52,683 nt of DNA from Ichthyobacteriaceae bacterium (lineage in GTDB: Bacteria; Bacteroidota; Bacteroidia; Flavobacteriales; JADGDT01), in assembly GCA_023145615.1 (NCBI GenBank), contig JAGLDK010000032.1, positions 1 to 52,683 on the forward strand, written 5' to 3'. How positions within the stretch are numbered: position 1 is the stretch's first letter; each line of letters starts with the position of its first letter. Below are positions 1 to 9,111 of the stretch, in pieces. Below the pieces are notes generated by a model that did not search any database, had not been told where the DNA came from, and saw only the letters and a program-made list of their open reading frames with translations. Made by a program: the position numbers and the translations under genes.

Positions 1-450
1 ACCAAAAACATAGCACAGGGTAAGAAATTCTCTGAAATGCTAGAGGCAGTAATAAAACGCTATCACAATAATCAGATAGATTCGGCACAGGTAATAAAAG
101 AACTTTCGGAGATAGCCAAAGAAATGCGTGTAGAAGACAGCAAAGCAGATGAACTAGGTTTAACATCAGCAGAATATGCTTTTTACAGCGTATTATCGCA
201 AAATGAGTCTACCAACATGCTCGACGACCATAAAATGAAAGAGCTGATACACGTAATAGTAGAAACAGTTCGTAAAAATGCCACAGTAGATTGGAGCAAA
301 CGAGATGATGTAAGAGCTAAGCTCCGACTCACAGTAAAGAAAATACTAATCCGCTACGGCTACCCCCCAGACTTAGCACGCATAGAAGCTGACAGAGTAT
401 TAGAGCAGAGTGAGAACTTGGCGGAGGAGTTTAGTAGTAAGAAGCATTAA
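1..450 (+). CDS. hsdR: Type I restriction enzyme R subunit, C-terminal (DUF3387) part; 5'-truncated by the window edge
   Basis: Frame is open from base 1 (TKNIAQGKKFSEML...). Motifs RYHNNQIDSAQVI, LGLT..EYAFY and TVDW..RDDVRAKLRLTVKKILIRYGYPPD are typical of the HsdR C-terminus. Confidence 0.88.
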   Translation, partial: TKNIAQGKKFSEMLEAVIKRYHNNQIDSAQVIKELSEIAKEMRVEDSKADELGLTSAEYAFYSVLSQNESTNMLDDHKMKELIHVIVETVRKNATVDWSKRDDVRAKLRLTVKKILIRYGYPPDLARIEADRVLEQSENLAEEFSSKKH

Positions 451-568
451 CAACGTTGCGAAATTTTACAGCATATTAATTTTTATATAAAATAGATTAC
501 TTATTATTGTTAATAAAAGCACAGCAGTTCATTTGTTCATTAATTTGTTTAATACTAAAATAGTAGAT

Positions 569-898
569 ATGAAAATACAGGAATTAATAGATAAGTTAGA
601 TTTAAAAATTTTCAATAAACATATAAATCAGGACATAGAAGTAACTGGTGGCTATGTTGGTGATTTACTGAGTCATGTTATGGGAAATAGCGATGAGGGA
701 GAAGCATGGATAACAGTTCAAACTCATAAAAACGTATTGGCAATTGCATCGTTAAACGATTTAAGCGCGGTTATTTTAATTGATAGTCAGGTGCCTGATG
801 CTGATATGCTTGAAGTTGCCGAAGATGAACAAATACCTGTTTTAGGAAGTGATAAAAGTGCATTTTATATTGCAGGAGAGCTTTATAAATTAATTTAG
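569..898 (+). CDS. DRTGG-domain protein (HPr kinase N-terminal-like), of the type found in [FeFe]-hydrogenase regulatory clusters
   Basis: VTGGYVGDLLSHVMG and WITVQTHKNVLAIA motifs. ATG at 569 preferred to the TTG at 533. Confidence 0.8.
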   Translation: MKIQELIDKLDLKIFNKHINQDIEVTGGYVGDLLSHVMGNSDEGEAWITVQTHKNVLAIASLNDLSAVILIDSQVPDADMLEVAEDEQIPVLGSDKSAFYIAGELYKLI

Positions 899-923
899 GC
901 TACGTATTTAAAAATTAGTTAAG

Positions 924-1214
924 ATGAAAGATGTTAGAATTTACGTTGATTTTGATGAGTTGATTGAAGAAGATTTAGTTATTCTATCAAGTACTGATAT
1001 AAAACACGATTCGAAAGGAAAAAAAATTACATTAAAAGAAGGGCTAAAAGTAAAAGTTTATTCTGATGATTTGTGTGGATGTAATATGAATGATAATTTA
1101 ATAGCCGATGGTGTAGTTGAATTAAATACAGGCGATTGGGAACGAACCGCAAAGTGGTATTGTAGAATAAATAAAGACGGTATTTATAATGAATCGCAGA
1201 AGAGAAAAAAATAA
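924..1214 (+). CDS. Hypothetical protein, 96 aa
   Basis: Protein-like composition (RIYVDFDE...DDLCGCNMNDNLIADGVV...KWYCRIN). Tightly packed between same-strand genes (25 and 9 nt gaps). Confidence 0.7.
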   Translation: MKDVRIYVDFDELIEEDLVILSSTDIKHDSKGKKITLKEGLKVKVYSDDLCGCNMNDNLIADGVVELNTGDWERTAKWYCRINKDGIYNESQKRKK

Positions 1215-1223
1215 TTTTAAAGT

Positions 1224-1931
1224 ATGATAGCCGATTTACATACACATACAGTATTGTCGCCTTGTGGCGATTTAGAAATGAGCCCGATTTTAATGCTTGA
1301 AAAGGCAAAAGAATTGGGCATTGATATTTTGGGTATTACCGATCATAACAGCACATTAAATGCTGTTGTTTGTAAAGATATTGGCAAAGATTTAGGGGTG
1401 TTTGTATTAATGGGTGCTGAGGTTACAAGTAAAGAAGAAGTGCATTGTTTGTGTTTTATGCCCGACGAAGAAAAACTTAAAATTCTGCAAGAATACATTG
1501 ATAATAATATTGGAAAAAAGAAAAACAAACCTGAGTTTTTTGGAGAACAACTTATTGTTGATAGAGATGAAAATATAATAGGAGAGGAGGAAAAATTATT
1601 GTTTCAAGCTATTAATCAATCGGTATCGGAAATTGCAAATAAAGTTAATAAACTTGGAGGTATATTTATTCCAGCACACTCAAACGCACACCGTAATAGT
1701 ATAGGGTCGCAATTGGGCTTTGTGCCCGATAATTTGTATTTCGATGCTATTGAAATTATAGAAAATTCAAACAAAGATGATGTTTTTTATAAGCTAAATT
1801 TACCATCAAACACATCTTATATTACTTCTTCTGATGCACATTATTTAAAAGATATTGGTAAACGCACAACTAATATTGATGTTGATGAGTTGAGTTTTGC
1901 AGGAGTAAAATCGGCATTAAAAAACAAATAA
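1224..1931 (+). CDS. PHP-domain metal-dependent phosphoesterase
   Basis: DLHTHT, GITDHNS, GAEV...EEVH, PAH and SSDAH PHP metal-binding motifs. Confidence 0.9.
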   Translation: MIADLHTHTVLSPCGDLEMSPILMLEKAKELGIDILGITDHNSTLNAVVCKDIGKDLGVFVLMGAEVTSKEEVHCLCFMPDEEKLKILQEYIDNNIGKKKNKPEFFGEQLIVDRDENIIGEEEKLLFQAINQSVSEIANKVNKLGGIFIPAHSNAHRNSIGSQLGFVPDNLYFDAIEIIENSNKDDVFYKLNLPSNTSYITSSDAHYLKDIGKRTTNIDVDELSFAGVKSALKNK

Positions 1932-1934
1932 TCT

Positions 1935-2477
1935 ATGAAAGAACTTTCGTTACACATATTAGATATAGCAATGAATTCGGTAAAAGCACAAGCAACCGAA
2001 TTGAAAATATATATTGAAGAAAATATAAAATTAGATTTATTAAAAATAATAATAATTGATAACGGAGTAGGCATGACGGAAGATGAGCTTGTAAAAGTTG
2101 TAGATCCGTTTTTTACCAAACGTACCACTCGAAAAGTGGGGTTAGGTATTCCATTATTTAAAGCAAATGCCGAATGTTGTGGAGGTTGTTTTTCAATAGA
2201 TTCAACAAAAAATGTAGGAACAATAATGAAAGTCGAATTTCAACTTTCGCATATTGATAGACCAATAATGGGAGATATTGCAACAGTTATTTCAATGCTT
2301 TGCACTTCTCATCCTGATATTAATACTATATTTAAATATGATTTAAATTCGGATGAATTTTTAATTACTTCTGAAATGATAAAAGATGAATTAGGCGGTG
2401 TTTCAATTCAAGACCCAGAAGTTGGGTTGTTATTGAAGGATATAATTAATAACGGCATTGAATCTTTAAAACAATAA
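1935..2477 (+). CDS. Stand-alone HATPase_c (histidine kinase-like ATPase) protein
   Basis: N box (HILDIAMNS), G1 (DNGVGM), F box (DPFFT) and G2 (VGLGIP). No HisKA or sensor domain. Confidence 0.88.
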   Translation: MKELSLHILDIAMNSVKAQATELKIYIEENIKLDLLKIIIIDNGVGMTEDELVKVVDPFFTKRTTRKVGLGIPLFKANAECCGGCFSIDSTKNVGTIMKVEFQLSHIDRPIMGDIATVISMLCTSHPDINTIFKYDLNSDEFLITSEMIKDELGGVSIQDPEVGLLLKDIINNGIESLKQ

Positions 2478-2569
2478 TCATTTTGTTAATGATTATATGA
2501 TTTTGATATGTGAAAGTTTAGATTTGAAGTTTAATTTGTTATAAATTAGGTGTAAGTGTAAAATAATTA

Positions 2570-2577
2570 TATTTTTG
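2570..2577 (+). promoter_or_regulatory. Bacteroidota sigma-A -7 element upstream of tig
   Basis: TATTTTTG(C) matches TAnnTTTG, about 120 nt before the tig ATG. Confidence 0.55.
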
Positions 2578-2696
2578 CACGTCTAAAAATTAAGTGAATA
2601 AATTAGGATATAAAGACGTTATCTCAATAATATATTAAATTCTGTAAGGTTTTTGTATGTTTTGTAGGTGTCTGATACTTTAAAAAAATATATTGT

Positions 2697-4040
2697 ATGC
2701 AAGTTACAAGAGAGAATTCTGATGCGTTAAACGCAGTGTTGAATGTGCAAATAGTAGCAGATGACTATAAAGCACAAATGGATAAAATATTAAATGGTTA
2801 CCGTAAAAAATCTAATATTCCTGGATTCCGTAAGGGATTAGTTCCAATGGGGTTGATTAAGAAACAATACGGTAGAGGAGTATTGATAGAGGAAGTAAAT
2901 AAAGTTTTACAGGGTGCTGTAAATCAATATATTAAAGACGAAAAAATTGAAATTCTTGGTAATCCATTACCAATGGTTCAAGATGATATTAATTGGAACG
3001 GTACTGAATTCAACTTTAAATTTGAATTAGGTTTAACTCCTGAATTTAACGTAGAGTTAGATAAATTAGAGGGAATTAAGGCTTACAAAGTTGTTATCGA
3101 CGATGAGTTGATTAACAAGCAAATTGAAGATTTTACAACTCGTTTCGGAAAAGTAATATCTAAAGAAGAGGTTGCTGAAGATTGTAATGTTTCTGCAACT
3201 ATAGTAGAGTTAAACGAAGATGGTTCTTTAAAAGAAGAAGGTATCTCTAATTCTACAGTTCTTTCTATTGCTGAATTGAAAGGAAAAAGAAACCCAAACA
3301 AGTTTATGGGTAAAAAAGTAGGTGATGTAGTTAAAGTAAAAACTAAGAGCTTATTTGAAGAAGAGACTAAATTAGCTAACCTACTTGGATTAAAAGTTGA
3401 AGAGGTTAAAGATTTAGATATTGAGCTTCAGATTACTATTGTAGAAGTTAATTTTGTTGAAAAGCACGAAATTAATCAAGAGTTATTTGATAAGATTTAC
3501 GGAGAAGGTGCTATCGATTCTGAAGAAGCTTTCCGTGCAAGAATTAAAGAAGAAGCTGGAAAAGTTTATATCGGAGAAACTGACCGTTATTTCCTAAACC
3601 AAGTAACTGATAAGATTGTTGATGCAACTGTAATGGAGCTTCCAAAAGAGTTTTTAATTAAGTGGTTAAAATCATCGTCTGAAACTCCTAAAACAGACGA
3701 AGAGGCTGTTTTAGAATACGAAAAATCAGAAAAAGGTATTAAGTACCAGTTAATTGAAGGAAGAATTTTTGCTGATAATAAAATTCAGTTAACTTTCGAA
3801 GAAATTAAAGCTAGTGCAATTGAGCTAATTAAAGTTCAAATGGCTCAGTATGGTCAGGCTAATATGGAAGACAAAGATGCTGAAGATATAGCAATGAGAG
3901 TTCTTCAGAATAAGGAAGAATACCAACGTATTACTGAACAAGTAAAAATGGAAAAACTTTCGGCTGTTTATAAAGAAAAAGTTAACGCTGAAGTTGAAGA
4001 GTTATCTTTTGACGAATTTGTTGCTGCAATTAGCAAATAA
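2697..4040 (+). CDS. tig: Trigger factor
   Basis: IPGFRKG ribosome-binding signature, 447 aa, upstream of clpP-clpX. Confidence 0.96.
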   Translation: MQVTRENSDALNAVLNVQIVADDYKAQMDKILNGYRKKSNIPGFRKGLVPMGLIKKQYGRGVLIEEVNKVLQGAVNQYIKDEKIEILGNPLPMVQDDINWNGTEFNFKFELGLTPEFNVELDKLEGIKAYKVVIDDELINKQIEDFTTRFGKVISKEEVAEDCNVSATIVELNEDGSLKEEGISNSTVLSIAELKGKRNPNKFMGKKVGDVVKVKTKSLFEEETKLANLLGLKVEEVKDLDIELQITIVEVNFVEKHEINQELFDKIYGEGAIDSEEAFRARIKEEAGKVYIGETDRYFLNQVTDKIVDATVMELPKEFLIKWLKSSSETPKTDEEAVLEYEKSEKGIKYQLIEGRIFADNKIQLTFEEIKASAIELIKVQMAQYGQANMEDKDAEDIAMRVLQNKEEYQRITEQVKMEKLSAVYKEKVNAEVEELSFDEFVAAISK

Positions 4041-4082
4041 AGTTATTAACCTATTTTAGGTAATAACTTTGCATAAAAAATT

Positions 4083-4123
4083 AGATAGGGTATTAAATTT
4101 ATTATAAATTTAATACCCTATCT
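4083..4123. terminator. Perfect 20-bp inverted repeat after tig (probable terminator or stabilising hairpin)
   Basis: AGATAGGGTATTAAATTTAT-T-ATAAATTTAATACCCTATCT. A second smaller hairpin lies at 4039-4070. Confidence 0.6.
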
Positions 4124-4328
4124 GTTTATATATAATTAATGCATTATTGTTTTTTTGTATTGATTATAATTTATAGATTACTAGTTTACTAACTAGGTTT
4201 TACATTACAACTTATAAATCTTTTTTAGATTAAAGATGTACTTAATATTTATTTGGTAATTATTAAAACTTATAACTAATCAAGCCATGTGTTTTTACTA
4301 GAACTTATTGGCTAAAGGTAAAATTTAT

Positions 4329-5006
4329 ATGACAAACATAGGAGACGAATTTCGCAATTACGCTACCAAGCACCTTGGTATATCAAGTATGCATTTAAAT
4401 CAATTCGAATCGATACACAATAGCTACATTTCGCCAACAATTATTGAAGAACGCAGAATGAATGTTGCATCAATGGATGTGTTTTCTCGTTTAATGATGG
4501 ATAGAATTATTTTCTTGGGTACCGGAATTGATGATCATGTATCTAATATTATTCAAGGACAATTGTTGTTTTTAGAGTCGGTTGATGCTACAAAAGATAT
4601 TCAGATTTACTTAAACTCTCCGGGAGGAAGCGTTTATGCTGGATTAGGTATTTATGATACAATGCAGCTTATTGCTCCAGATGTGGCAACAATTTGTACA
4701 GGTATTGCAGCATCAATGGGTGCGGTATTGTTAACCGCAGGTGCGGCCGGAAAACGTTCGGCATTAAAGCACTCAAGAGTAATGATACATCAACCACTTG
4801 GCGGAGCACAGGGTCAAGCATCAGATATTGCTATTACTGCCAGAGAAATTGCAAAATTAAAAGAAGAGCTTTATACAATAATTTCGGAGCACTCGGGGCA
4901 GACTTACGATAAGGTTTGGGAAGATAGTGATAGAGACTATTGGATGACTGCAAAAGAGGCTGTAGATTACGGAATGGTTGATGAAGTGCTAATTAGAAAA
5001 AAATAA
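4329..5006 (+). CDS. clpP: ATP-dependent Clp protease proteolytic subunit
   Basis: DVFSRLMMDRIIFLG, YLNSPGGSV, AASMG (catalytic Ser), MIHQP and DRD. ATG at 4329. Confidence 0.97.
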   Translation: MTNIGDEFRNYATKHLGISSMHLNQFESIHNSYISPTIIEERRMNVASMDVFSRLMMDRIIFLGTGIDDHVSNIIQGQLLFLESVDATKDIQIYLNSPGGSVYAGLGIYDTMQLIAPDVATICTGIAASMGAVLLTAGAAGKRSALKHSRVMIHQPLGGAQGQASDIAITAREIAKLKEELYTIISEHSGQTYDKVWEDSDRDYWMTAKEAVDYGMVDEVLIRKK

Positions 5007-5033
5007 TTGATTAATTGATATAAAATTATGATG

Positions 5034-5062
5034 AAGCTACAGCTTGCTGTAGCTTTTTTTTT
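5034..5062 (+). terminator. Intrinsic terminator between clpP and clpX
   Basis: AAGCTACAG-CTTG-CTGTAGCTT followed by a T run. Confidence 0.7.
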
Positions 5063-5063
5063 A

Positions 5064-5071
5064 TATTTTTG
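5064..5071 (+). promoter_or_regulatory. -7 promoter element immediately before clpX
   Basis: TATTTTTG(C), 5 nt before the ATG at 5077. TTG at 5044-5046 is a possible -33. Confidence 0.5.
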
Positions 5072-5076
5072 CGCCT

Positions 5077-6303
5077 ATGAGTAAAGAAGAACTATCATGC
5101 TCTTTCTGTGGAAGAAAGAAAAGCGAAACAAACTTATTAATTGCAGGTATGGATACTCATATTTGCGATAGATGTATTGAACAGGCACACGGAATAGTTT
5201 TAGAAGAAATTTCTAATACTGAAAAAGATGATACTGTAGATGATATAGTACTGCGTAAGCCACGAGAAATAAAGGATTTTATGGACCAATATGTAATTGG
5301 TCAGGAAGATGCTAAAAAAGTACTTGCGGTAGCTGTTTACAATCATTATAAAAGATTGTTGCAGAAAGAAACTCACGATGATGTAGAGATTGAAAAATCA
5401 AACATCGTTATGGTGGGGCGTACAGGTACGGGTAAGACTTTACTTGCAAAAACAGTTGCAAGATTGTTGAATGTGCCTTTTGCTATTGTTGATGCTACAA
5501 TTTTAACAGAAGCAGGTTATGTAGGAGAGGATGTTGAAAGTATTTTAACAAAATTACTACAAGCTGCCGATTATGATGTGGCTAAAGCTCAAAAAGGAAT
5601 AATTTTTATTGATGAAATTGATAAAATTGCTCGTAAAAGCGATAATCCATCAATTACCAGAGATGTTTCGGGAGAAGGAGTTCAGCAGGCTATGCTTAAA
5701 CTTCTTGAAGGTTCGGTTGTAAATGTTCCGCCAAAAGGTGGACGTAAGCATCCCGATCAAAAATTTGTTGAGGTAAATACAAAAGATATTCTTTTTATTG
5801 CCGGAGGAGCATTTTCGGGAATTGAGAGAAAAATTGGAGAGAGGTTAAATACTCGTGCAATTGGATATCAAAAAGATATTCATTCTCAGGTTGACGAAGA
5901 AAATATGTTGGATTATGTATTGCCAATGGACTTAAAGTCGTTTGGTTTAATACCTGAACTTATTGGTCGTTTTCCGGTATTAACACATTTAAATCCGTTG
6001 GATGCCGATGCGTTAAAGCGTATTTTAACAGAACCAAAAAACGCCATCACAAAACAATACCATAAATTGTTTGATTTTGATGATGTTAAACTTCATATTG
6101 AAGATGATGCAATAGCTTTTATTGTTGAAAAAGCAATGGAGTTTAAGCTTGGTGCTCGTGGATTAAGATCAATAATGGAAGCTATTTTAACTGATGCAAT
6201 GTTCGATATTCCATCGGAAGAAGGTACAGAACTTGTTGTTACTCGTGAGTATGCAGAGGGTAAAATGTCGCAGTCGAAACTAAGAAGAATGAAAGCTGTT
6301 TAG
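5077..6303 (+). CDS. clpX: ATP-dependent Clp protease ATP-binding subunit
   Basis: CSFCG...ICDRC zinc finger, Walker [26 protein letters not shown] and GARGLR. Confidence 0.97.
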   Translation: MSKEELSCSFCGRKKSETNLLIAGMDTHICDRCIEQAHGIVLEEISNTEKDDTVDDIVLRKPREIKDFMDQYVIGQEDAKKVLAVAVYNHYKRLLQKETHDDVEIEKSNIVMVGRTGTGKTLLAKTVARLLNVPFAIVDATILTEAGYVGEDVESILTKLLQAADYDVAKAQKGIIFIDEIDKIARKSDNPSITRDVSGEGVQQAMLKLLEGSVVNVPPKGGRKHPDQKFVEVNTKDILFIAGGAFSGIERKIGERLNTRAIGYQKDIHSQVDEENMLDYVLPMDLKSFGLIPELIGRFPVLTHLNPLDADALKRILTEPKNAITKQYHKLFDFDDVKLHIEDDAIAFIVEKAMEFKLGARGLRSIMEAILTDAMFDIPSEEGTELVVTREYAEGKMSQSKLRRMKAV

Positions 6304-6342
6304 AAATTTAGCATAAAAAACGGTTTTTACTATAAAAAGTAT

Positions 6343-6408
6343 AACTACTTTAATTATTTTTGCCACCGGATTTATTCCGATAGCATAAATAATTAAAGTA
6401 GTTTTTTT
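6343..6408 (+). terminator. Long interrupted hairpin with T tract after clpX
   Basis: AACTACTTTAATTATTT...AAATAATTAAAGTAGTT with inner TGC/GCA and CGGA/TCCG stems, then TTTTT. Confidence 0.6.
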
Positions 6409-6470
6409 ATGCCCTTACTTTTTATAAGTAACCTTAAGTACTACTTGTTGTAATTTTAACTTTGTTGAAT

Positions 6471-7556
6471 ATGAATACTGATTTTTTTATACCTAAAAAC
6501 TTGAAAACCGAAGGCGTTGATAGTCATGTTGAAAAGTGGACAAGTCCATCGAATATTGCTTTAGTTAAATACTGGGGTAAATTCGGAAATCAAATGCCGG
6601 CTAATCCATCGTTGAGTTTTACGTTGAAAAATAGTTATTCTGAAACCGAAGTTCGTTTCGAAAAAAAGTATTCGAATACTGATGAAATTGATTTCGAGTT
6701 ATTTTTTGAAGGAGTAAAAAGTCAATCGTTTTCTAAAAAAGTATCAACATATCTTAATAATATAGTTGATTACGTACCATATATATTAAATTATAAATTG
6801 GTAATTAATACAACTAATTCTTTTCCTCATTCAAGCGGAATAGCATCTTCGGCATCTGGCTTTAGTGCACTTTCGGCATGTTTAATTTCTTTTGAAAAAA
6901 CAATTAATGCTGATTTAACCGAAAAATTGTTCAACAAAAAAATGTCTTTTATATCAAGATTAGGATCGGGTAGCGCAAGTAGATCGTTGCAAGGGCCTGT
7001 TATGGTTTGGGGTACAAGTAAGGTTTTTGAAGGATCGACAGATTATTATGCCATTGTGCCAAATATGAAATTAGATAAAATTTATACTGATTTTCAGGAT
7101 ACAATTTTATTGATTGATGAAGGGAAAAAAGAAGTTTCGAGTACTGTTGGGCATGGTTTAATGAATGGGCATCCTTTTGCAGAACAACGATTTGTACAAG
7201 CAAATAATAATATTGCCGAGCTAAAAGAGGTTTTAGAAAACGGAAATATTACCCTATTTGGAGAAATTGTTGAAAATGAAGCACTATCGTTACATGCAAT
7301 GATGATGACCTCTACACCTTCGTATATTTTAATAAAGCCAAACACTTTGGCGGTAATTGAAAAGGTTAAAGAATTTAGAAAAGCTACCGGAGTGCATTTG
7401 TATTTTACTCTTGATGCTGGGGCAAATATCCATTTACTTTATCCTAAATCGGTAAAAAAAGAAGTGCTTACTTTTATTGATGCCGAGTTATCGGTGTTTT
7501 GTGAAAATGAACGTTATATTTGCGATGAAATTGGTAACGGAGCTAAAAACGTGTAG
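6471..7556 (+). CDS. mvaD: Diphosphomevalonate decarboxylase
   Basis: SPSNIALVKYWGK, NPSLSFTL, GIASSASG, RLGSGSASRS, VSSTVGH and FTLDAGANIH. Confidence 0.93.
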   Translation: MNTDFFIPKNLKTEGVDSHVEKWTSPSNIALVKYWGKFGNQMPANPSLSFTLKNSYSETEVRFEKKYSNTDEIDFELFFEGVKSQSFSKKVSTYLNNIVDYVPYILNYKLVINTTNSFPHSSGIASSASGFSALSACLISFEKTINADLTEKLFNKKMSFISRLGSGSASRSLQGPVMVWGTSKVFEGSTDYYAIVPNMKLDKIYTDFQDTILLIDEGKKEVSSTVGHGLMNGHPFAEQRFVQANNNIAELKEVLENGNITLFGEIVENEALSLHAMMMTSTPSYILIKPNTLAVIEKVKEFRKATGVHLYFTLDAGANIHLLYPKSVKKEVLTFIDAELSVFCENERYICDEIGNGAKNV

Positions 7557-7686
7557 TTTTTAGTCGAGTAATCAGTAGTTTATATGTAAAACACTTGTTT
7601 TTAATGAGTTGTTGTCTTAGATTGCCAAATTAAATTATGGTTATACAATAAATATTGTTGGTTCTCTGACAAATTAAGTGGAAATA

Positions 7687-7728
7687 TTAAAATTAGTTAT
7701 TATCGTAACAAGCGTTATAGTCTAAAAA
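7687..7728 (+). repeat. Dispersed 42-bp intergenic element, copy 1
   Basis: TTAAAATTAGTTATTATCGTAACAAGCGTTATAGTCTAAAAA, 39/42 identical to the reverse complement of 24821-24862. Confidence 0.8.
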
Positions 7729-7787
7729 TAGTGATAACGCTATATTGATTATAACGTTTTATAATTGTAAGGATAATGATAATTTAT

Positions 7788-7803
7788 CAAATCACGTGAT
7801 TTG
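7788..7803. promoter_or_regulatory. Perfect 16-bp palindrome, possible operator upstream of mevalonate kinase
   Basis: CAAATCACGTGATTTG is its own reverse complement. Confidence 0.35.
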
Positions 7804-7943
7804 TTAGAAAACCATATTTTTAAGTAGTTATTAGTTGTGGTTTTTTACTTCTACTAATAATTTTAAATATTTGTTTCAAACCCTAATATTATATATAATT
7901 ATTATGCCTGATGCAACTTGCTAAAGGCGAAAATCTTTTTTAG

Positions 7944-8888
7944 ATGAAAGGACCTTTATTTTATGCTAAAGTATTGCTATTTGGTGAGTACGGAATTATA
8001 AAAGACTCAATGGGGTTGTCAATTCCGTATAATTTTTACAAGGGTACATTAAAACTGCCTGTTAAGGGTGTGCGTACTAAAAGTACTGAAAAAGATTCGA
8101 ATATTAGCTTAAATAAATATGCTCAATACATAAAAACTCTTACGTTAGATAAAAGTTTTGGTGTAGAATTTAACATAGATGCTTTACAAGCTGATGTTGA
8201 TTCGGGTGCGCATTTCGATTCTAGTATTCCTCAAGGTTACGGAGTAGGTAGTTCGGGGGCTTTGGTGGCCGCTATTTACGATAGGTATGCTAATAATAAA
8301 CTATCGGCAGATTCGTATATTAACAAAGAAAAAATCAACAAACTAAAATCAATATTTGGCGTTATGGAATCATATTTTCATGGCACAAGTTCGGGTATCG
8401 ATCCTTTAATTTGTTATTTAAATATTCCAATTTTAATTAAGTCGAAAAATGATGTTGATGTAGTTGGTATTCCGAAAGAAGTAAGCGGAAAAGGAGCTGT
8501 GTTTTTAATTGATTCTGGAACTCCGGGAGAAACTGAGCCAATGGTTAATGTGTTTATGGAAAAATGCAAAAACGAAGGTTTCAGAAATATGCTTAAACAT
8601 CAGTTTGTAAAGTATAACGATTCTTGTATTCAATCTTTTGTAAAGGGAGAATTTAATACCTTATTTAAGGATTTAAAAAGTTTATCAACTTTAGTGTTAG
8701 ATAATTTTAAACCTATGATTCCTACTAACTTTCATGCATTATGGAAAAACGGAATTGAAACTGATGATTATTATATGAAACTTTGCGGATCGGGCGGAGG
8801 TGGATACATACTTGGATTTGCCGAAGATTTTGAAAAAGCAAAAGAATCATTAAAAGGTCAGAAACTAGAGGTTATATATAGATTTTAA
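7944..8888 (+). CDS. mvk: Mevalonate kinase (GHMP family)
   Basis: AKVLLFGEY, SSIPQGYGVGSSGALVAA, HGTSSGIDP and KLCGSGGGG. Adjacent to mvaD. Confidence 0.88.
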   Translation: MKGPLFYAKVLLFGEYGIIKDSMGLSIPYNFYKGTLKLPVKGVRTKSTEKDSNISLNKYAQYIKTLTLDKSFGVEFNIDALQADVDSGAHFDSSIPQGYGVGSSGALVAAIYDRYANNKLSADSYINKEKINKLKSIFGVMESYFHGTSSGIDPLICYLNIPILIKSKNDVDVVGIPKEVSGKGAVFLIDSGTPGETEPMVNVFMEKCKNEGFRNMLKHQFVKYNDSCIQSFVKGEFNTLFKDLKSLSTLVLDNFKPMIPTNFHALWKNGIETDDYYMKLCGSGGGGYILGFAEDFEKAKESLKGQKLEVIYRF

Positions 8889-9111
8889 TTAATTGTAAGT
8901 GTCAAATTTAGTTGTTTGTAATTAGTCTGTTATTTACTAATTTGTTTTTACTTTATAAGTACTAAAATTAGTTGAGTAACTTATGTTGTTTTTGCTTTAA
9001 GATGTAAAACTAATAGCTTAGAATTAAATAATCAACATCCATTTTACTAACACTTTCCGAAAAACCCTAAATATTATCTCGAACAACACAATTAAATATG
9101 GCTTAAAAAAA

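Noticed and set aside
7772-7790. Fur-box-like GATAATGATAAT
   Set aside because: Only the first 12 nt match, the second half is out of register, such matches are expected in AT-rich DNA, and there is no iron-related gene nearby.
9028-9111. Open frame upstream of the UbiA ATG suggesting a non-AUG start
   Set aside because: No ATG, GTG or TTG is present. The ATG at 9112 already precedes the first conserved motif and TM helix. It cannot be supported without an alignment.
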